Shown here piece after piece: positions 38,060 through 50,975 of a DNA stretch of 64,000 nt. A program made the position numbers and the translations under genes. The notes below the pieces were generated by a model. It was given only the letters and a program-made list of their open reading frames with translations, ran no database searches and was not told the origin of the DNA. The stretch is from positions 9,331,186 to 9,395,185 of the forward strand of contig MU054323.1 of assembly GCA_013239625.1 (NCBI GenBank). Reading direction: 5' to 3'. The stretch comes from Lama guanicoe (lineage: Eukaryota). Within the stretch, counting starts at the first letter, position 1. The number at the start of each line of letters is the position of its first letter.

Positions 38060-38312
38060 TTTGGAGGCAGTACAGTGATGTGGTAACAGGTAAGGGCTCG
38101 GGGTCAGGCATACCTGGTTTAAACCTGGGTTCTGCCACTTGCCAGCTGGCAAAATATTTGACATCTTTGAACTTGTTTCCTCATCCATAAAATAAGGGTA
38201 ATAATACCTATTTCGTGGTGCTGTTTTGAGGATTCTACTGAATACTGTTCATAAAGCATGAATTGCAGTGCCTGGCACTTTAGCACGTAACAGCTATTCA
38301 CGTTGTTATTAC
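38060..38312 (+). mobile_element. Near full-length MIR SINE
   Basis: gaggcagtacagtgatgtggtaa...ctgccacttgccagct...gtttcctcatccataaaataagggtaataataccta...gtgcctggcact. Confidence 0.85.
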
Positions 38313-38789
38313 TGATACAGTTTACATGAGGAGAACGAGTGAGTAAGTGGTTAGCAGGACAAGTATGGGCAGAAAAGGAGAGGATGAGTAAATAAGTAAA
38401 CAAATACTAGCTCTGGGGTAGCTACTCAGTTGGTACATAATGAATTAAACTAAGAAGGTATTTTGGTGATGAGAAAAGAGAAAATGATCACAAGATGTGG
38501 GTAATAAGAATTTATTAGTTCAGCTGCAGCCAAGAATTTGTCAGCACAGAGAAACATTGTTTCCAGACCTACATTGTTTTTCATTGAAGTTACTGCACCT
38601 AGTTTGCAAGTAAACTTGCTAATAAAATGTTTCTCAGTCTCAAAGTTGAAGATGTGATGGGAGAAATTACTAGTGAAGGGTTTATTTTAAAAGATATTTT
38701 ATTTCCTATTTCTAAAATATAGCTTTCTACGTTTTCCTCCTCTTTTTAATGTAAAGAACTGGCCACACTTATTCTCCAGATCAGTTGCC

Positions 38790-39200
38790 TATCATTTCCC
38801 CTCCTCTAGCTTGTCTTTTAGCCAGACTCCATCACTTAAGTTTTCTTAATTCACCTGTACTCTTCCTGCATCTGTGCCTCTGCTGAAGCTGTTAGCGCCA
38901 TGTAAAATGCCCTCTAATGCCCTCTTCGTGTTGAAATATTACATATTTTCTAAGACATTATTCAGATGCCCTCTACCACCCATTTTCCCCGAGCACAATT
39001 CACCTAACCTCCCCCTGAATTCTTAGTACTGAATTTATATCACTCTTATAATCTGCCCACCATAGATTTAGTTAGTGGTGTGCATTTTATTTTCATCTTT
39101 TAACTATATTGCAAGTGGCTCAAGGGCAAGGAACAAGTCTTTCCATTCCTTTAAAACTTTAACAAATGCAGTGCACAGTAAATAATAGCAAATAATAGTA
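38790..39200 (+). mobile_element. L2 fragment
   Basis: ctgtgcctctgctgaagctgtt...aaatgccct...ttcagatgccct...caagggcaaggaacaagtct. Confidence 0.55.
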
Positions 39201-41239
39201 AATAATTGACAGTGTTCTAGGTCAGTAAGTAATTCTCACAAGAAAATGTGAAAATGCTGCACTGAGAGGTTGTACATTTTTCTGTCTGATACAAGTTCAC
39301 TTACTAGAACTGGCTGCATTTGTAATACCAAAGAAACGACCAGAAGTTTTAATGTCCTTAAGTAGAAGCTGTAAAAATGAGGTTTTAGAGAAAGGTTAAA
39401 ATGGAAAGTGGTCAAATTGTGGTATGACCTTCTAAGGGCTTACATAGTTGCTAAAGTTATTAATATCTTTGGTTAACTCTTGCAGGGTTCAGAGCATAGA
39501 AAAGAAGTAACATCATTGCAGTTAGGCCAAGGTCATAGGATGGATTTTAGGAACTGAGTAAGGAGAGGTTGGTACCATCCTTGGCATTGTGTTAAGCTCT
39601 CTTCTGTTTTCTGTGTTTCATACTATCCTGTCAACTTTTAACTATCTAGGCATTGATAATAGGCTTAGACTTGGAGAGTTCTTTCAGGAGTCATGGAAAA
39701 AGCATCCCATGTGGACCCGCCCAAAGGCAATGCCAGACGCTTGCCCTAGCTGAGGCTTGTACTCTTTTTGGCTTCTACTGTGCCTCTTTCTAGGAAGTCC
39801 CAAGCCTCATGCAGTGCATTTGACAGGCAGAGGCCCAGGAGACCAATAGCCTGATCCACATTAGGTAAAAATTGGCAAGAAAATGCTTGTATCCTCACCA
39901 TCTGCTCTCCATGGACATGGAGAGATATCCTGAGCCTGGGAGATTCCCCATGTCAGCCTGGCTAATGTATGTCTGCCCCAGCTTGTCCGTGCAGGAGGCA
40001 AGGGTATGCTCACATTAACTACTTTCAGAAATAGGAGAAGGCTACTTTGGGATCTTGTCATCACATGCAGGGAAAGGCATCCATTTGTTGTACCCTAAAG
40101 ATTTCTAGGGACATGAATACCAAATGCCCCCAATTAGACACTCCCACAAAAGGGAACATCTGCAGGCATATTGGGTAGGAGACTCCCACGTGTGTTATAA
40201 TTTATGAAGCTCTGAAATGCGATCCCACTTCAGAAGTCTGTCCTGGAAAAGCCGTCTGGTGTTTCTAGCAGCGCTGAAACACGACTGACTGCATGCCTTT
40301 GTGGTGTTCAGATACATGTTGTTTCCGGGTCTCCCACCGTGTTTGTATGTGGCTTGCAAAGTAAACACTTCTGAAGACTTTGTGTTCTTCTCGCACAAGG
40401 GACGTTTATGAAATACACACATTTCAGGGTCCATACGTTTGTTTTGCAAGGAACCAAAACCGGTCAGTTGAATTAGACACTAAGTACTGTTGATTTAAAA
40501 AAAAGTTAGTGGTCAGGTATGCAACAAAAGCTAGTCATGCAAATTAGATTTTGGTTGAGTATTAAGTGTGTGTATGGGGGAGGGGGGACTAGATTCTAAA
40601 CCAGTTGCCTTTTTTTTTTCCTGGCAGAAAAGCTGGAATTTAGGGTTACATCATCAGAGCTGGCACTAAAGCTGCTCCACCTTTCCCTCCTCCCTAGACT
40701 GTTGGCAGTTTCCACGGTGACACCAGAGGTTAAATGGGCAGCAGAGGCTGCACAGCTCTCTTCCCCGAAAGGTGTGGGCCCTTGTCTTGGCTTGAGCTGG
40801 TTTGTGGGAGTGGTTTGGAGAAAACCAGCTCGTCACTGCCTGTGCTGTTCCCACTCTGTGCATAAAAAGAGAACTTCAGCCCCTGAGGCAGGCCAGGTGG
40901 CATCTTTCACAAGTACAGAATTTGTTTTTAGAACTTTGTGTTGTTAAGTTACAGTCCGCCTTGGAAATAAGTACTCAAAGCTGCCCAGCCCACAATCGCT
41001 CACCGTCAGTGAGGCCTGTGTGCCTGCGGGTGTATCCATGCATGTGTTCTTTCAGGCAACAAAAACGCAGTGAAAAGTGACCAAGTGTAAGGCCATTTGC
41101 TAGATACTTCAGAGGGTGCTGAGGAAATTGAGATGTGGCTTATGCCCTTAATTTGCTCATAGCTCAATAAGAGAGATAAGAACAAACATGGCAAGTTCCA
41201 GCTTGAATGGAAAAAAGCACCGTAAGACTTGCCATCAGA

Positions 41240-41425
41240 TGCCCTCTGTTCCTCCACTTACTACCTGGCAGTCTTGCCCAAGATACTTAACCTTTTTGAG
41301 CCTCATTTCATCTTCCATAAAGGGGGATAAATCTTAAATTTCAGTTTCCTCTACTCCAAAGGCGGGTATGTATGAAAGTGCCTATTGTAGTGTTTGACAC
41401 ATGGTCGCCATTCAGTTGGTGCTTC
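41240..41425 (+). mobile_element. MIR SINE
   Basis: ctccacttactacctggcagtcttgcccaagatacttaacctttttgagcctcatttc. Confidence 0.7.
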
Positions 41426-41771
41426 TTGAGTTGTATAAACACTTAAGAAAAGATTTATTAATGACTGAAAGACTTTGAGGGAGATGGAGATCCAATTGAC
41501 TTGGTGAGGAAGGGACACTGGAAAATTTGGGGAAGTGTGGCTCTTGCAACGTTATGTGGCTTTTCTAGAGATTAAACATGTAATACTGTAACAATTATAA
41601 AAATGTATTTGTTTAGTGCTTTAAAATATTCACACTGCTTTGCAGTTTACCTTCCTGTCTGGTCTTCGTGATAGCATTCCTAGCAGGAGTTTTATCCCTT
41701 TAGTCCTTTTCCTTCTATAAGCTGCAATTCATAGACTCTTCCTTGTATCCTTTATTGCCTTCACTTCCTTT

Positions 41772-42216
41772 TGTTGCAGAAGAATAGGTTCTTGCTTTGT
41801 ACAGGAAAGAATTCAAGAGCAAGGCATGGTAAAGGGGAAGGAAGTTTATTTAGAGAGGTACACATTCCATAGACAGAATGCCGGCCATCTCAGAAGGCAA
41901 GAGAGAGAGAACGACCACAAGATGCAGAGTTGTTAGTTTTTATGAGTTTGGTAATTTCATATGCTAATGAGTAGGAGCATTATTCTAACTACTTTGGAGA
42001 AGGGGCAGGGATTTCCAGGAATTGGGCCCCCCACCCACATTTTGAGCTTTTATGATCAGCCTAAGAACTGTCATAGCACCAGGGGGTGCGCCATGAGGCT
42101 CAGGGTCTACTGGAAGTTGAATCTTCCGCCATCTTGGTTCTAACCAGTTTGTCCTGTCCTCAATTGCTGTGTCATTCCTTCAGTGGTTATGCCCTGCCAC
42201 TTTCCCTCCTGTCTCA
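41772..42216 (-). mobile_element. Solo ERV LTR (class I/ERV1-like), 445 bp, antisense to BABAM2
   Basis: TG...CA termini with a perfect 4-bp TSD cttt (41768-41771 / 42217-42220). On the minus strand, AATAAA at 41845-41850 lies about 70 bp from the end and a TATA-like CATAAAA is near 41940. Confidence 0.85.
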
Positions 42217-42220
42217 CTTT

Positions 42221-43100
42221 TCGCACCCATTAAATTATGCTGCATTATATTTCCCATGACTCCGCTTCCATTCTTGATGAATGACCCCAGATCCTCATTT
42301 CTAATCCCAACATTCCCCGCTGTTTACAGATCTGCTTTTCTAGCCACTTGATAGATGAGTCTATCTGTGTGTCCAGTTGACACCCCGAATTCCAAGTGCT
42401 TGAAACCAAACTCATCATTCCTCTGATGAACGACTGTTTGTGCTTCACAACCTTCTTCCTTGTCTTTGGTGCCCACGTGCTGCATCTCAAGGGCATTAGC
42501 CAGCCTGTTGTTTTGTACTAGAAACCCTCTCTCCCCAGTATCTCTGTTCTTATCATTCCTCCTTCATTTCAGTTCAGTCCTTCCATGGCCATGTCTCCTG
42601 AAGACCTTCTAACTTTTCTTCCTATTTTAGTTTATCCAGCACAAAACTGCCACTATCTTCTTGAACTAAGTTCCGGTCATGTAATGTCCCTTCCTTGCTC
42701 CACACCGTCAGTGCCTCCCTGTTAACTAAATTAAGTACAGATCTCTCATCATCCAGAGAATTCCATTTTAATCCCAGTTGACCTTTCTAGCCTAGTCTGG
42801 GTCCTGTATATTTCCTGTTGTTCAGCCAAACTGTTTTGTGTGTGTTTGTGATTTCCTGTGAATACACTTTGTATTTTTTTCATTTTCATAACTTGGCTTG
42901 GGCTGCTTCTTACAGTAAAACATTGAATTTCATTCCCTCTCCCATAGGTTCTGACCTCTTAGATCTTCTCAGTCACCACCTCCTCTTTGGAACTTTTCTG
43001 ACTACCGCTACCTGCCTCCCCAGCATGGCAGCACTCTCCTCTCCTATGTTTGTGGCCCTTTTGTCATATTATGTCCCTGGACTATAAACTCCTTAAGGGT
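42221..43100 (+). mobile_element. L2 fragment
   Basis: gatgaatgaccccagatc...tgaaaccaaactcatcattcc...ggactataaactccttaaggg. Confidence 0.65.
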
Positions 43101-44944
43101 GGGCTTCTTTTTCCATCATTGAGGGTTGGGAAGCCACTAGCCCATCTCCTGCCAGCCTGGCCCTGCCTGTGGGCCCTGTGTGAGGTTCAGTCGCAGTTGC
43201 CACAGATTGGACTCCCTAGTAGGGCAAAAAGCTTTGAACCTGTTGGGTCCCGGTGCCTGCAAAGGCAGGTGCTCTCCCTCCCTGTTTCCTGTTGCTATGC
43301 CTTGGGACTAGCCAGCAGGCTCATTTCCCTGTGGACCCTCATCTTGTTCCTGAGAGGTAGGGCTTTATTTTGTAGGCGTGGCTTATAAGCTGAATCCTGG
43401 AGGTGGTAATGTGCTTTTGATCCCATGTGACCTGACATCTACTGCTGTTGTGGCCTGTCCAGCTTCCCTTTCCCTGCCTTTACCCCACAGTGTGCTGGCC
43501 ACAGACAGACATGGTCATTTGGAACATTTAGATAGCCTGTAATCCACAGAGGCTGGGATAAACTGAACTTCGACTAGAGGACCTAGAGAAAGGGTGGGGG
43601 GAACCACAAATTAAAGTAATACTTAGAGTTAAAAATGAGATTTAATAAAATTATGGGTTTTAAATTCAGATAAATCAGATAAAATCAGTTTTTTTAAAGT
43701 ATAAGCAAATTCAGTATTTTGTGATTTTATTTAAATTTAATACTGAAATCAACATCGTAACAGGATGGGAAATTTCAGTTTTAGACGCTCAAAAGATTTT
43801 TTTTAGAATAATTAAAGAAATTGTGTAACTAAACAAAGATAGATTTAAAAGAAAAGTAAATCTTGTCTCTTTTCTTCAAAAAAAAAAAAAGCAAGCCCAA
43901 GCAAAGGTATGCGTCAGTTGTCTCAAAAGATGAGACCCCAAATCTCTTGGGGTGATTTTGTGTCAGGATTTAAGTAATAGTTCATCATAGTAAACATGGT
44001 TTAATTTAGCCTTACTTATGTTTACTTGAATCACTGAGATAATCCTATAATAAATATTGTGCTCCTGGAGGTTTTTTTTTCCTTTGATAAATATATAGTT
44101 CTGAGTATGCTAAGACAACCAGCTGTCAGGAGACCATGTGTATTTGGTTTCAGTGGAGCGAACTATCTTCGCCTCTAGGGACTTGAGATGTTCGTTTTAC
44201 TAGTCTGGGAGCAGGGCCAAAAGGGTTCTTCGTGACTTAGAATGGAATTCTAAAGAGTAAGTTCAGCAAGTTTTCATTAGTGAGTTTGGCCTTTTGTCTT
44301 GCCTGTGCCTCCCAAAAGATCAAGAGCTCAGCCTGCACTTTGAAACATTACACAAAAGAACCAGAATGGAATTTAGTTAGGGGAGAAAATCAATCAGCCC
44401 CCAAATGCCATATTTTTGGAAACATTCTGGTGCAGAACTCCTGCCTCCCCAGCTGCCTAAGTTAGGGATAGATTAATGTTTTTATCTAGCTTTCCTTTAA
44501 GGCAGAAAATAGACATTTGGAAGAAAGATGTGTTTAAGTCTGTGATAACTTAAATCTCACTGGTACGTGTTTCTTAAACTTGTTTGACCTTAAACTCTGT
44601 CTTAGATTGATTTTGTGTCTTTGGGCAGTTCTGTGCTTTGTTTCTTTTAAATGCTAGTCTCCTCTCTACAGCATAATGATTAGCTTAAAAAACTATGAGA
44701 TATAATGTGTCCTCATTTAAAAAATCAGGCCTACCACCAGAGTTTTTTTTTTTCTGTAGTGAAGACAAGAAGTTCATGATTTTCAATTTAACACTAAATC
44801 TCAACAGCAAAGCTCTAAGCGCTGATTACTGTTTAATGCAGTCAGTGTTCATTTATATTTATTCATCAGTAGGACAGTATTCCTCAGTGGAAGGTCTGAG
44901 ATGAAAAGTGGTAGTTCATGAAAACATTAGGCTATGTGCTAGGC

Positions 44945-45140
44945 AGGAACAGAGAAATTAGAAAATGGAAGAGAAAATGGTCGAGAATGTTCCAGAACTG
45001 ATGGAAGGCACCAAATAGAATAAGTACAGTGAATCTCAAACAGACTAAATAAAAAGAAATTGACACTTAGACACATTATCTAAACAGCAAAGATGAAAGA
45101 AGACAAAGTCGACACATTATGTTTAAGGGAACAGCAGATT
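44945..45140 (+). mobile_element. L1M ORF1 fragment
   Basis: gagaatgttccagaactgatg...aataaaaagaaattgacacttagacacatt. Confidence 0.55.
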
Positions 45141-45389
45141 AACACAAACTTCTGAAAATCTTGGAGAGCCACGGGCTTTACCCAAGAAGAATGTGCAGAC
45201 ACAAAAAGTTTAAATACAGTTCTGAGAGTAACACACCTGCCCCTGAAGGCAATTCACAAACCTCATTTAAGGATCCTTGTTCTAGATTTCATTTTTGCAT
45301 TGTTAATGCCTTCTATACTGGCTTATGCTAGAACAATTACTGAAACTTGAAATTTAATATCTAATGTGTAAATAAATGATCATCTAACG

Positions 45390-46320
45390 CTGCCCGCCTC
45401 ACCTTCTTCAAAATCTGCTCTTCTTATATGTTCTTATTTTCATTAATGATTTTGCTGTCCTTCTAGTGACCCATGCATGCAGCCTGGGCATCCTATTTTT
45501 GATCTTCCTCTCGCTATTGTTTTCTATATAGAAACAGCTGCCAGTTGATGTTGCCTTGATGGTGTTTCTCACATTCATTTCCTCACCCTTCTCCTGGCCC
45601 AGTTTCAAGCCTCTCTGGTCCTTACTCTTTGCCAGAACAGTCTTTCAAAAGCAGAGCACCATCCATGTCACTGCCTTTCTTAAACACTCCTAGTGTCTTT
45701 TTACTGAACGGGCAAGAAGACTGCCTGCTACATTGTCTGTCCAAGAAGCTCAGTGCCCACCACACTCCCGGCCCCTTGTGTACCACATCTCCCAGACACT
45801 TGGACCACAGGTGATGGAATCAGGGGTGGGTACTCCTGGGAATTCTCCTTAATTTTTTTTGTAAGTATAGCTATATTTGTTTATAACAATTTATCCAGCA
45901 TGTTTAGGGGTCTTGTAGCAGGAGGACTCCTCAGATTATCTAGTTGGCCATATTGCTAAGATGTTCTTCTGAATTGTGCCCTGTTTGTTCTGGTTTCCAC
46001 GAGGATGACTGTGATTATGGATGTGCTTTGAATGATATTCCAGTGATATTCTGCTCTGCAGCTGTTGAAACTCCTTCCTGTTCTTCTTTACTTCATATGG
46101 TTTTTAGTAAACCTCTACCCTTTGAGATAACTTAGCTGAGCCATTGTCATCTCTCAACCAGACTACTGAAATACTCTTGTAACTGGTTTCCATGTCCACT
46201 CTTTCCCCGCTTCTATCTAGTTGCCATGCTGTAGGCAGGGTGGACTTCCTAAAACAAATCTGCCCTCATCATTCTCTTGCTTAAAAAGCGAGTTCATCAC
46301 CTTTCCTCTTAAGTGATCAC
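45390..46320 (+). mobile_element. Decayed L2 fragments (interrupted)
   Basis: caaaatctgctcttctt...cctgggcatcctatttttga; ctcttgtaactggtttcc...cattctcttgcttaaaa. Confidence 0.5.
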
Positions 46321-46674
46321 TCATCAGCTTTGTCCAACTCAGTGCTTTTCCCTGTATCTCCGAGGCATATTTCTCTCTCTCTCTTTCTCCTTTTTTTTTT
46401 TACAACCTAATCTAGTTTATCATCAAGTTCTAGCATTTTTTCCATTACTGTGTTGAAGTCTGAGCTCCTCCAAGTGTATCTCTTCCTAACCTGCTGTTTC
46501 AGTTACCTTTCCCTTTAATCTTTTTTGTTGAGAACTGGGTGGAAGTAGAAACCAATGTGTAATTGAAATTTCATGAAATTATGAGAAAGATGATCATTGG
46601 GGCTATAAGGCAGTCATTCCCATCCCTTTCAAGTGTAAGGACCTGTTTTTACGTCAAAACCTTTTACACAAGGG

Positions 46675-46850
46675 TGTAAGGAAGGCTTGACTACAAAGAG
46701 GCAGCACAGGGAATTTTTTAGGATGATGGAATTGTTCTGTATCACGATTGTGGTGATGGATACACAACTCTATACGTTTGTTAAAATTTATAGAGCTGGG
46801 CATGACAAAGAGTGACTCTCACTGTGAGTAATAAACAGACTTAAAAACTG
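46675..46850 (+). mobile_element. L1M 3' UTR end
   Basis: cacagggaattttttaggatgatggaattgttctgtatcacgattgtggtgatggatacacaactctata. Confidence 0.75.
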
Positions 46851-49221
46851 TTTCACAGACCTATGCAGATAGAAGTAATAGTTTTTAACATTATATTTTA
46901 ATACATGATGAATTATGTGCCTTTTGAATGAACTTATATTTTATTAATCACAACAGGTTGTATATTCATATTTGAAAAAGAGATATATAATACCTTTGTA
47001 TCTGCTGTATGTATGTGATATATACATATGCATGTAGATGTGTGTGTATATGTACACACACATCATAGACATATTTTATGTATGCAATATCACACACACA
47101 GAGCATTAATTTGGTCTTCAGATGCTTGGTGTCCAATAAATTAATCAACCTGTAAATCTAAGGCCCCATAGTGTCATGAAGCCAACTAGTTGGGGACACT
47201 TGTTTTAAGGGGTTTATAATGAATGACCATTTTTCTAAGAATTCTTTTGTTCATTTTATTGATAATTGCTTCAATAAGAGCACATTTTAACTTCTTTCTT
47301 GCTCTCAAAGTAGCCAACATAATTACTGTGTTAGGAAGCAGTTTTTAACCTCATTGCTTCTGTCTCACAGTGGAGTGACAGATTCAGGAAGAACCCTGCC
47401 GCTCGCACTCCTCTCTGCCCAACACAGACACCGAGGTTTCTTAATTTAGCTCATGGTGAGAGCAGAGGAACTCCACAAGGAGCAGGGATCCAGGGCACTG
47501 CGACCTAACAGTTTCCTATTGTGTTTGGGCCTTGACCTCCAGGAAGCTCATGTGGTTCACAGCACACCTTTGCCCAGGGCTTCTAGACTCTCAGATGTTC
47601 CACTGTTTTCTCATGTTTCTCAGTATGTTTCTAGCTACACAATGATCTGTGAACTGGTCTATTACATGAATATAACCTCTTTTACTTAGTTTTCAGAGCA
47701 GGGTGTGGATATGGATAGGGGCATAAGTCAGTTGGGCTTCAAAAGTAGTCAGTCTACCTCATCTTCTCCCTAAAAATGTGCGTGGTTTGTTATGTCCACA
47801 ACCTGGTTTCAAAGGGTAATTATTTAGTACTAAAAAGTAATGGCATAGTTCTTGATTACAAGTGTTTGGTGTAAGTAGGTAATGACTAAGGCTCTCAATG
47901 TGTAAAATTCATACTTAAAGTGGAACCCCTTACACTCTTGTTAGAGGAAAGCTCTAACACCAATGTTGTCGGATTTTACTGTGTGAACTTTTCTTAAAGA
48001 GCATGTAATTTGATCCTGGTATGTCTGATTTTGATTCCCATAATACGGGGCTAATAATTACATTGGACTTTTCTGTACTTGTTAAAATTCAGACGCCCTG
48101 TCTTTCACTAGCAGCACTAATGACTTTAATGAATGGAGAAGCCTTTTGTTTAAAACTCTTCATTGCCAAATGAAGAGTTAACATAATATTGTAAATAAGA
48201 CCGTAACAGGGAATGGCTGTCCTGCCTGTGAACATTATCTTTTACAGACAGCTTCAACAAAATAGAGGTCATTCTTGAAAAAGACTAAAATCTGCTACCT
48301 TGCCAAATTTCAACTAAACCAAACCATTAATTTGAAGAAGTTATACATTCATGGAAAATTAATTTTACTAACAACCCTCTTTTTTTCCCTACATGCAAAG
48401 AGCTTTCCCCTCCCACTTTTTAATCCCTCCCCTCCCTACTCCACCCCAGTCTTTTAAGAGTATGATGTAAGATTGGGTTGTTCTGTGCCAAGTTTTCATC
48501 CTGGAACACATTTTTATAACCATGTTTCTCTGAGAAAAGTTTATGACCAAATGGTGATAACACCTCCATGTTTCCATTTCCTCCTCTGAGCTAGTACTTT
48601 TTTCCTAACTTCAATTTTGTTAGGGTTTGACATGGCCAATGTAATATTTGTACACCAAAGCCAAAGAAAATTATTTTGAAAGCTTTTGAGGATTTATTAA
48701 CTATTCTATCATATATGCTTCCTTGAAAGAAAACAGATTATAGAGTATATTATTATTTTTTAATTTTAGACTTTTCTGTTCAAACCCTTCAAAATATTTG
48801 TTTGTAGGTATTGTTTTGGTGATTGGTGTTTATTATTTCTACTCTGTTAGCAACTGTTCATTCAGTTTTGGTGCACTCTTTCTTAAGGGTACAGATAAAC
48901 TTGGCCCTGTTTGTTCTCAGTCAGTGGAGAATTTAATGTTAAGGATCCAAATGGTAGAAACAACTGAAAGGTCATCAGTAGAGAAATGACTTAAAGTACT
49001 TTGGTATAGAATGAAATAGTAAGGAAGAACTAGGTAGATTTCTGTGTACTCACACAGAGAGATTTCTGAGTTGAAGAAAAAGAGCAAATATCAGAAAGAT
49101 GAGCAGAATCATACATTTATACATTTTTATGTTAAAAAAAAAGCTAAACATCAAAACCATGTATATATTCCCTCAAGTGAGTGTCTGTGTATATGGTTGT
49201 GCATGTGTATACTGAATACTA

Positions 49222-49442
49222 ATCATAGCTGGCACTTAATGAGTACTGACATCACGTGTTCTTGGTACGCTGTACCCATTAACTCATTCAGTCCTCACAG
49301 CAACCCTGGAGAGTTGGTTACTACTATTGTCCCCATTTTACAGATAACAAAACTGAAATTCAGAGAGGCTCAGAACCTTGCCTGAGTCACATGTCAAGCA
49401 AGTTGGTGGTACTGCGGTTTGAATCTAGGCCCTCTGACTCTT
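49222..49442 (-). mobile_element. MIR SINE, apparently nested in a decayed L1ME 3' end (about 49040-49540, +)
   Basis: tcctcacagcaaccctg...ccccattttacagataacaaaactgaaattcagagagg...tttgaatctaggccctctgactc. Confidence 0.85.
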
Positions 49443-49711
49443 AATAGGGTAGAGATCAAAGGGAACTGTAGACTGTCGGTAATGCTTTCATTTTTCTTCA
49501 GGATGAATTTAGGCACCTCAATTATGAAATTAAAATTAATTTGTAAAAAAGTTGAGAAGAATCAGATTGGAAGAGCTTTACCAGGTATTTGATGATTTAC
49601 GTACTTTTTTGGTGGAGCCTGTGCTCTGCGTATAATAAATGCTATTTTTGTGGGGCTTCTGAACAATTGGTAATTGTCTGAAGTCCTTTGCTTAATCTCT
49701 CTCACCTACTA

Positions 49712-49836
49712 CAGAGGTTCTCAGCCTTAGCACTATTGCCATTTGGGGCTGGATAGTTTTTTCTGTGAGGGGCTTTCCTGTTCAGTGAAAGATGTTTTGC
49801 AGCACCCTTGACCTCTACACAGTAACACCCAACTAC
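49712..49836. mobile_element. MER20 hAT DNA transposon, truncated by the adjacent L1
   Basis: cagaggttctcagccttagcactattgccatttggggctggatag...gcagcacccttgacctctac matches the first ~125 bp of MER20 as I recall it. Confidence 0.8.
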
Positions 49837-50296
49837 TTTTTTTTAATTGAAGTATAGTTGATTTACAATGTTGTGTTAGTTCCTGGTGTACAGCAAAGTG
49901 ATTCAGTTATACATAGATACATTCTTTTGCATATTCTTGCTCATTATAGGTTATTACAAGATATTCAGTATGGTTCTCTGTGCTCTACAGTAGGACCTTG
50001 TTGTTTATCTGTTTTATATATAATAGTTTGTATCTGCTAATCCCAAACTTCTAATATATCCGTCCTTATCTTTCCCCTTTGGTAACCATAAGTTTGTTTT
50101 CTATGTCCGTGAGTCTCTTTCTGTTTTGTAAATAAGTTCATTTGTGTTTTTTTTTTTTAGATTCCACAAGTAAGTGATATCATATGGTATTTGTCTTTCT
50201 CTTGTCTGACTTACTTAGTTTGATACTCTCTAGGTCTATCCATGTTGCTGCAAATGACATTACTTCATTCTTTTCTATGGCTGAGCAAAAAAAAAA

Positions 50297-50336
<40 letters not shown>

Positions 50337-50975
50337 CATAGCTTCTTTATCCAATCACCTATTAATGGACATTTAGGTTGCTTCCATGTCTTGGCTGTTG
50401 TAAATAGTGCTGCTATGAACATTGGGATGCGAGTATCTTTTCAAATTAGAGTTTTCTTCAGATAGATGCCCAGGAGTGGGATTGCTACATCATATGGTAA
50501 CTCTATTTTTAGTTTTCTAAGGAATCTTCATACTGTTTTCCATAATGGCTGCACCAAATTACATTCCCACCAACAGTGTAGGAGGGTTCCCTTTTCTCTA
50601 TACCCTCTCCAGCATTTGTCATTTGTGGACTTTCTAATGATGGTCATTCTGTAGTTTTGATTTGCATTTCTCTGATAATTAGTGATATTGAGCATCTTTT
50701 CATGTGCCTGTTGGCCATCTGTATATCTTCATTGGAGAAATGTCTGTTTAGGTCTTCTGCCCATTTTCTGATTGAGTTGTTTGTTTTCTTGTTATTGAGT
50801 TATGTGAGCTGTTTGTATATTCTGGAAATTAAGCCCTTGTCAATCACATCCTTTGCAAATATTTTCTCCTAGTCCATAGGTTGTCTTTTTGTTTTGTTTA
50901 TGGTTTCCTTTGCTGTGCAAAAGCTTATAAGTTTAATTAGGTCCCATTTGTTTATTTTTGCTTGTATTTCTATTG
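49837..50975 (-). mobile_element. 5'-truncated artiodactyl-type L1, about 1.1 kb (disrupted ORF2 3' part plus 3' UTR)
   Basis: T-tail then aattgaagtatagttgatttacaatg...; classic antisense L1 text ttacattcccaccaacagtgtaggagggttccc and tttgctgtgcaaaagctt. Confidence 0.95.
50298..50336. repeat. (TCTA)n tetranucleotide microsatellite inside the L1
   Basis: Directly visible, preceded by an A-run. Confidence 0.95.

Noticed and set aside
50184..50872. Plus-strand ORFs (MVFVF..., MPRSGIA..., MICISL...) that resemble database 'hypothetical proteins'
   Set aside because: They are antisense translations of L1 ORF2/3' UTR, a familiar annotation artefact.
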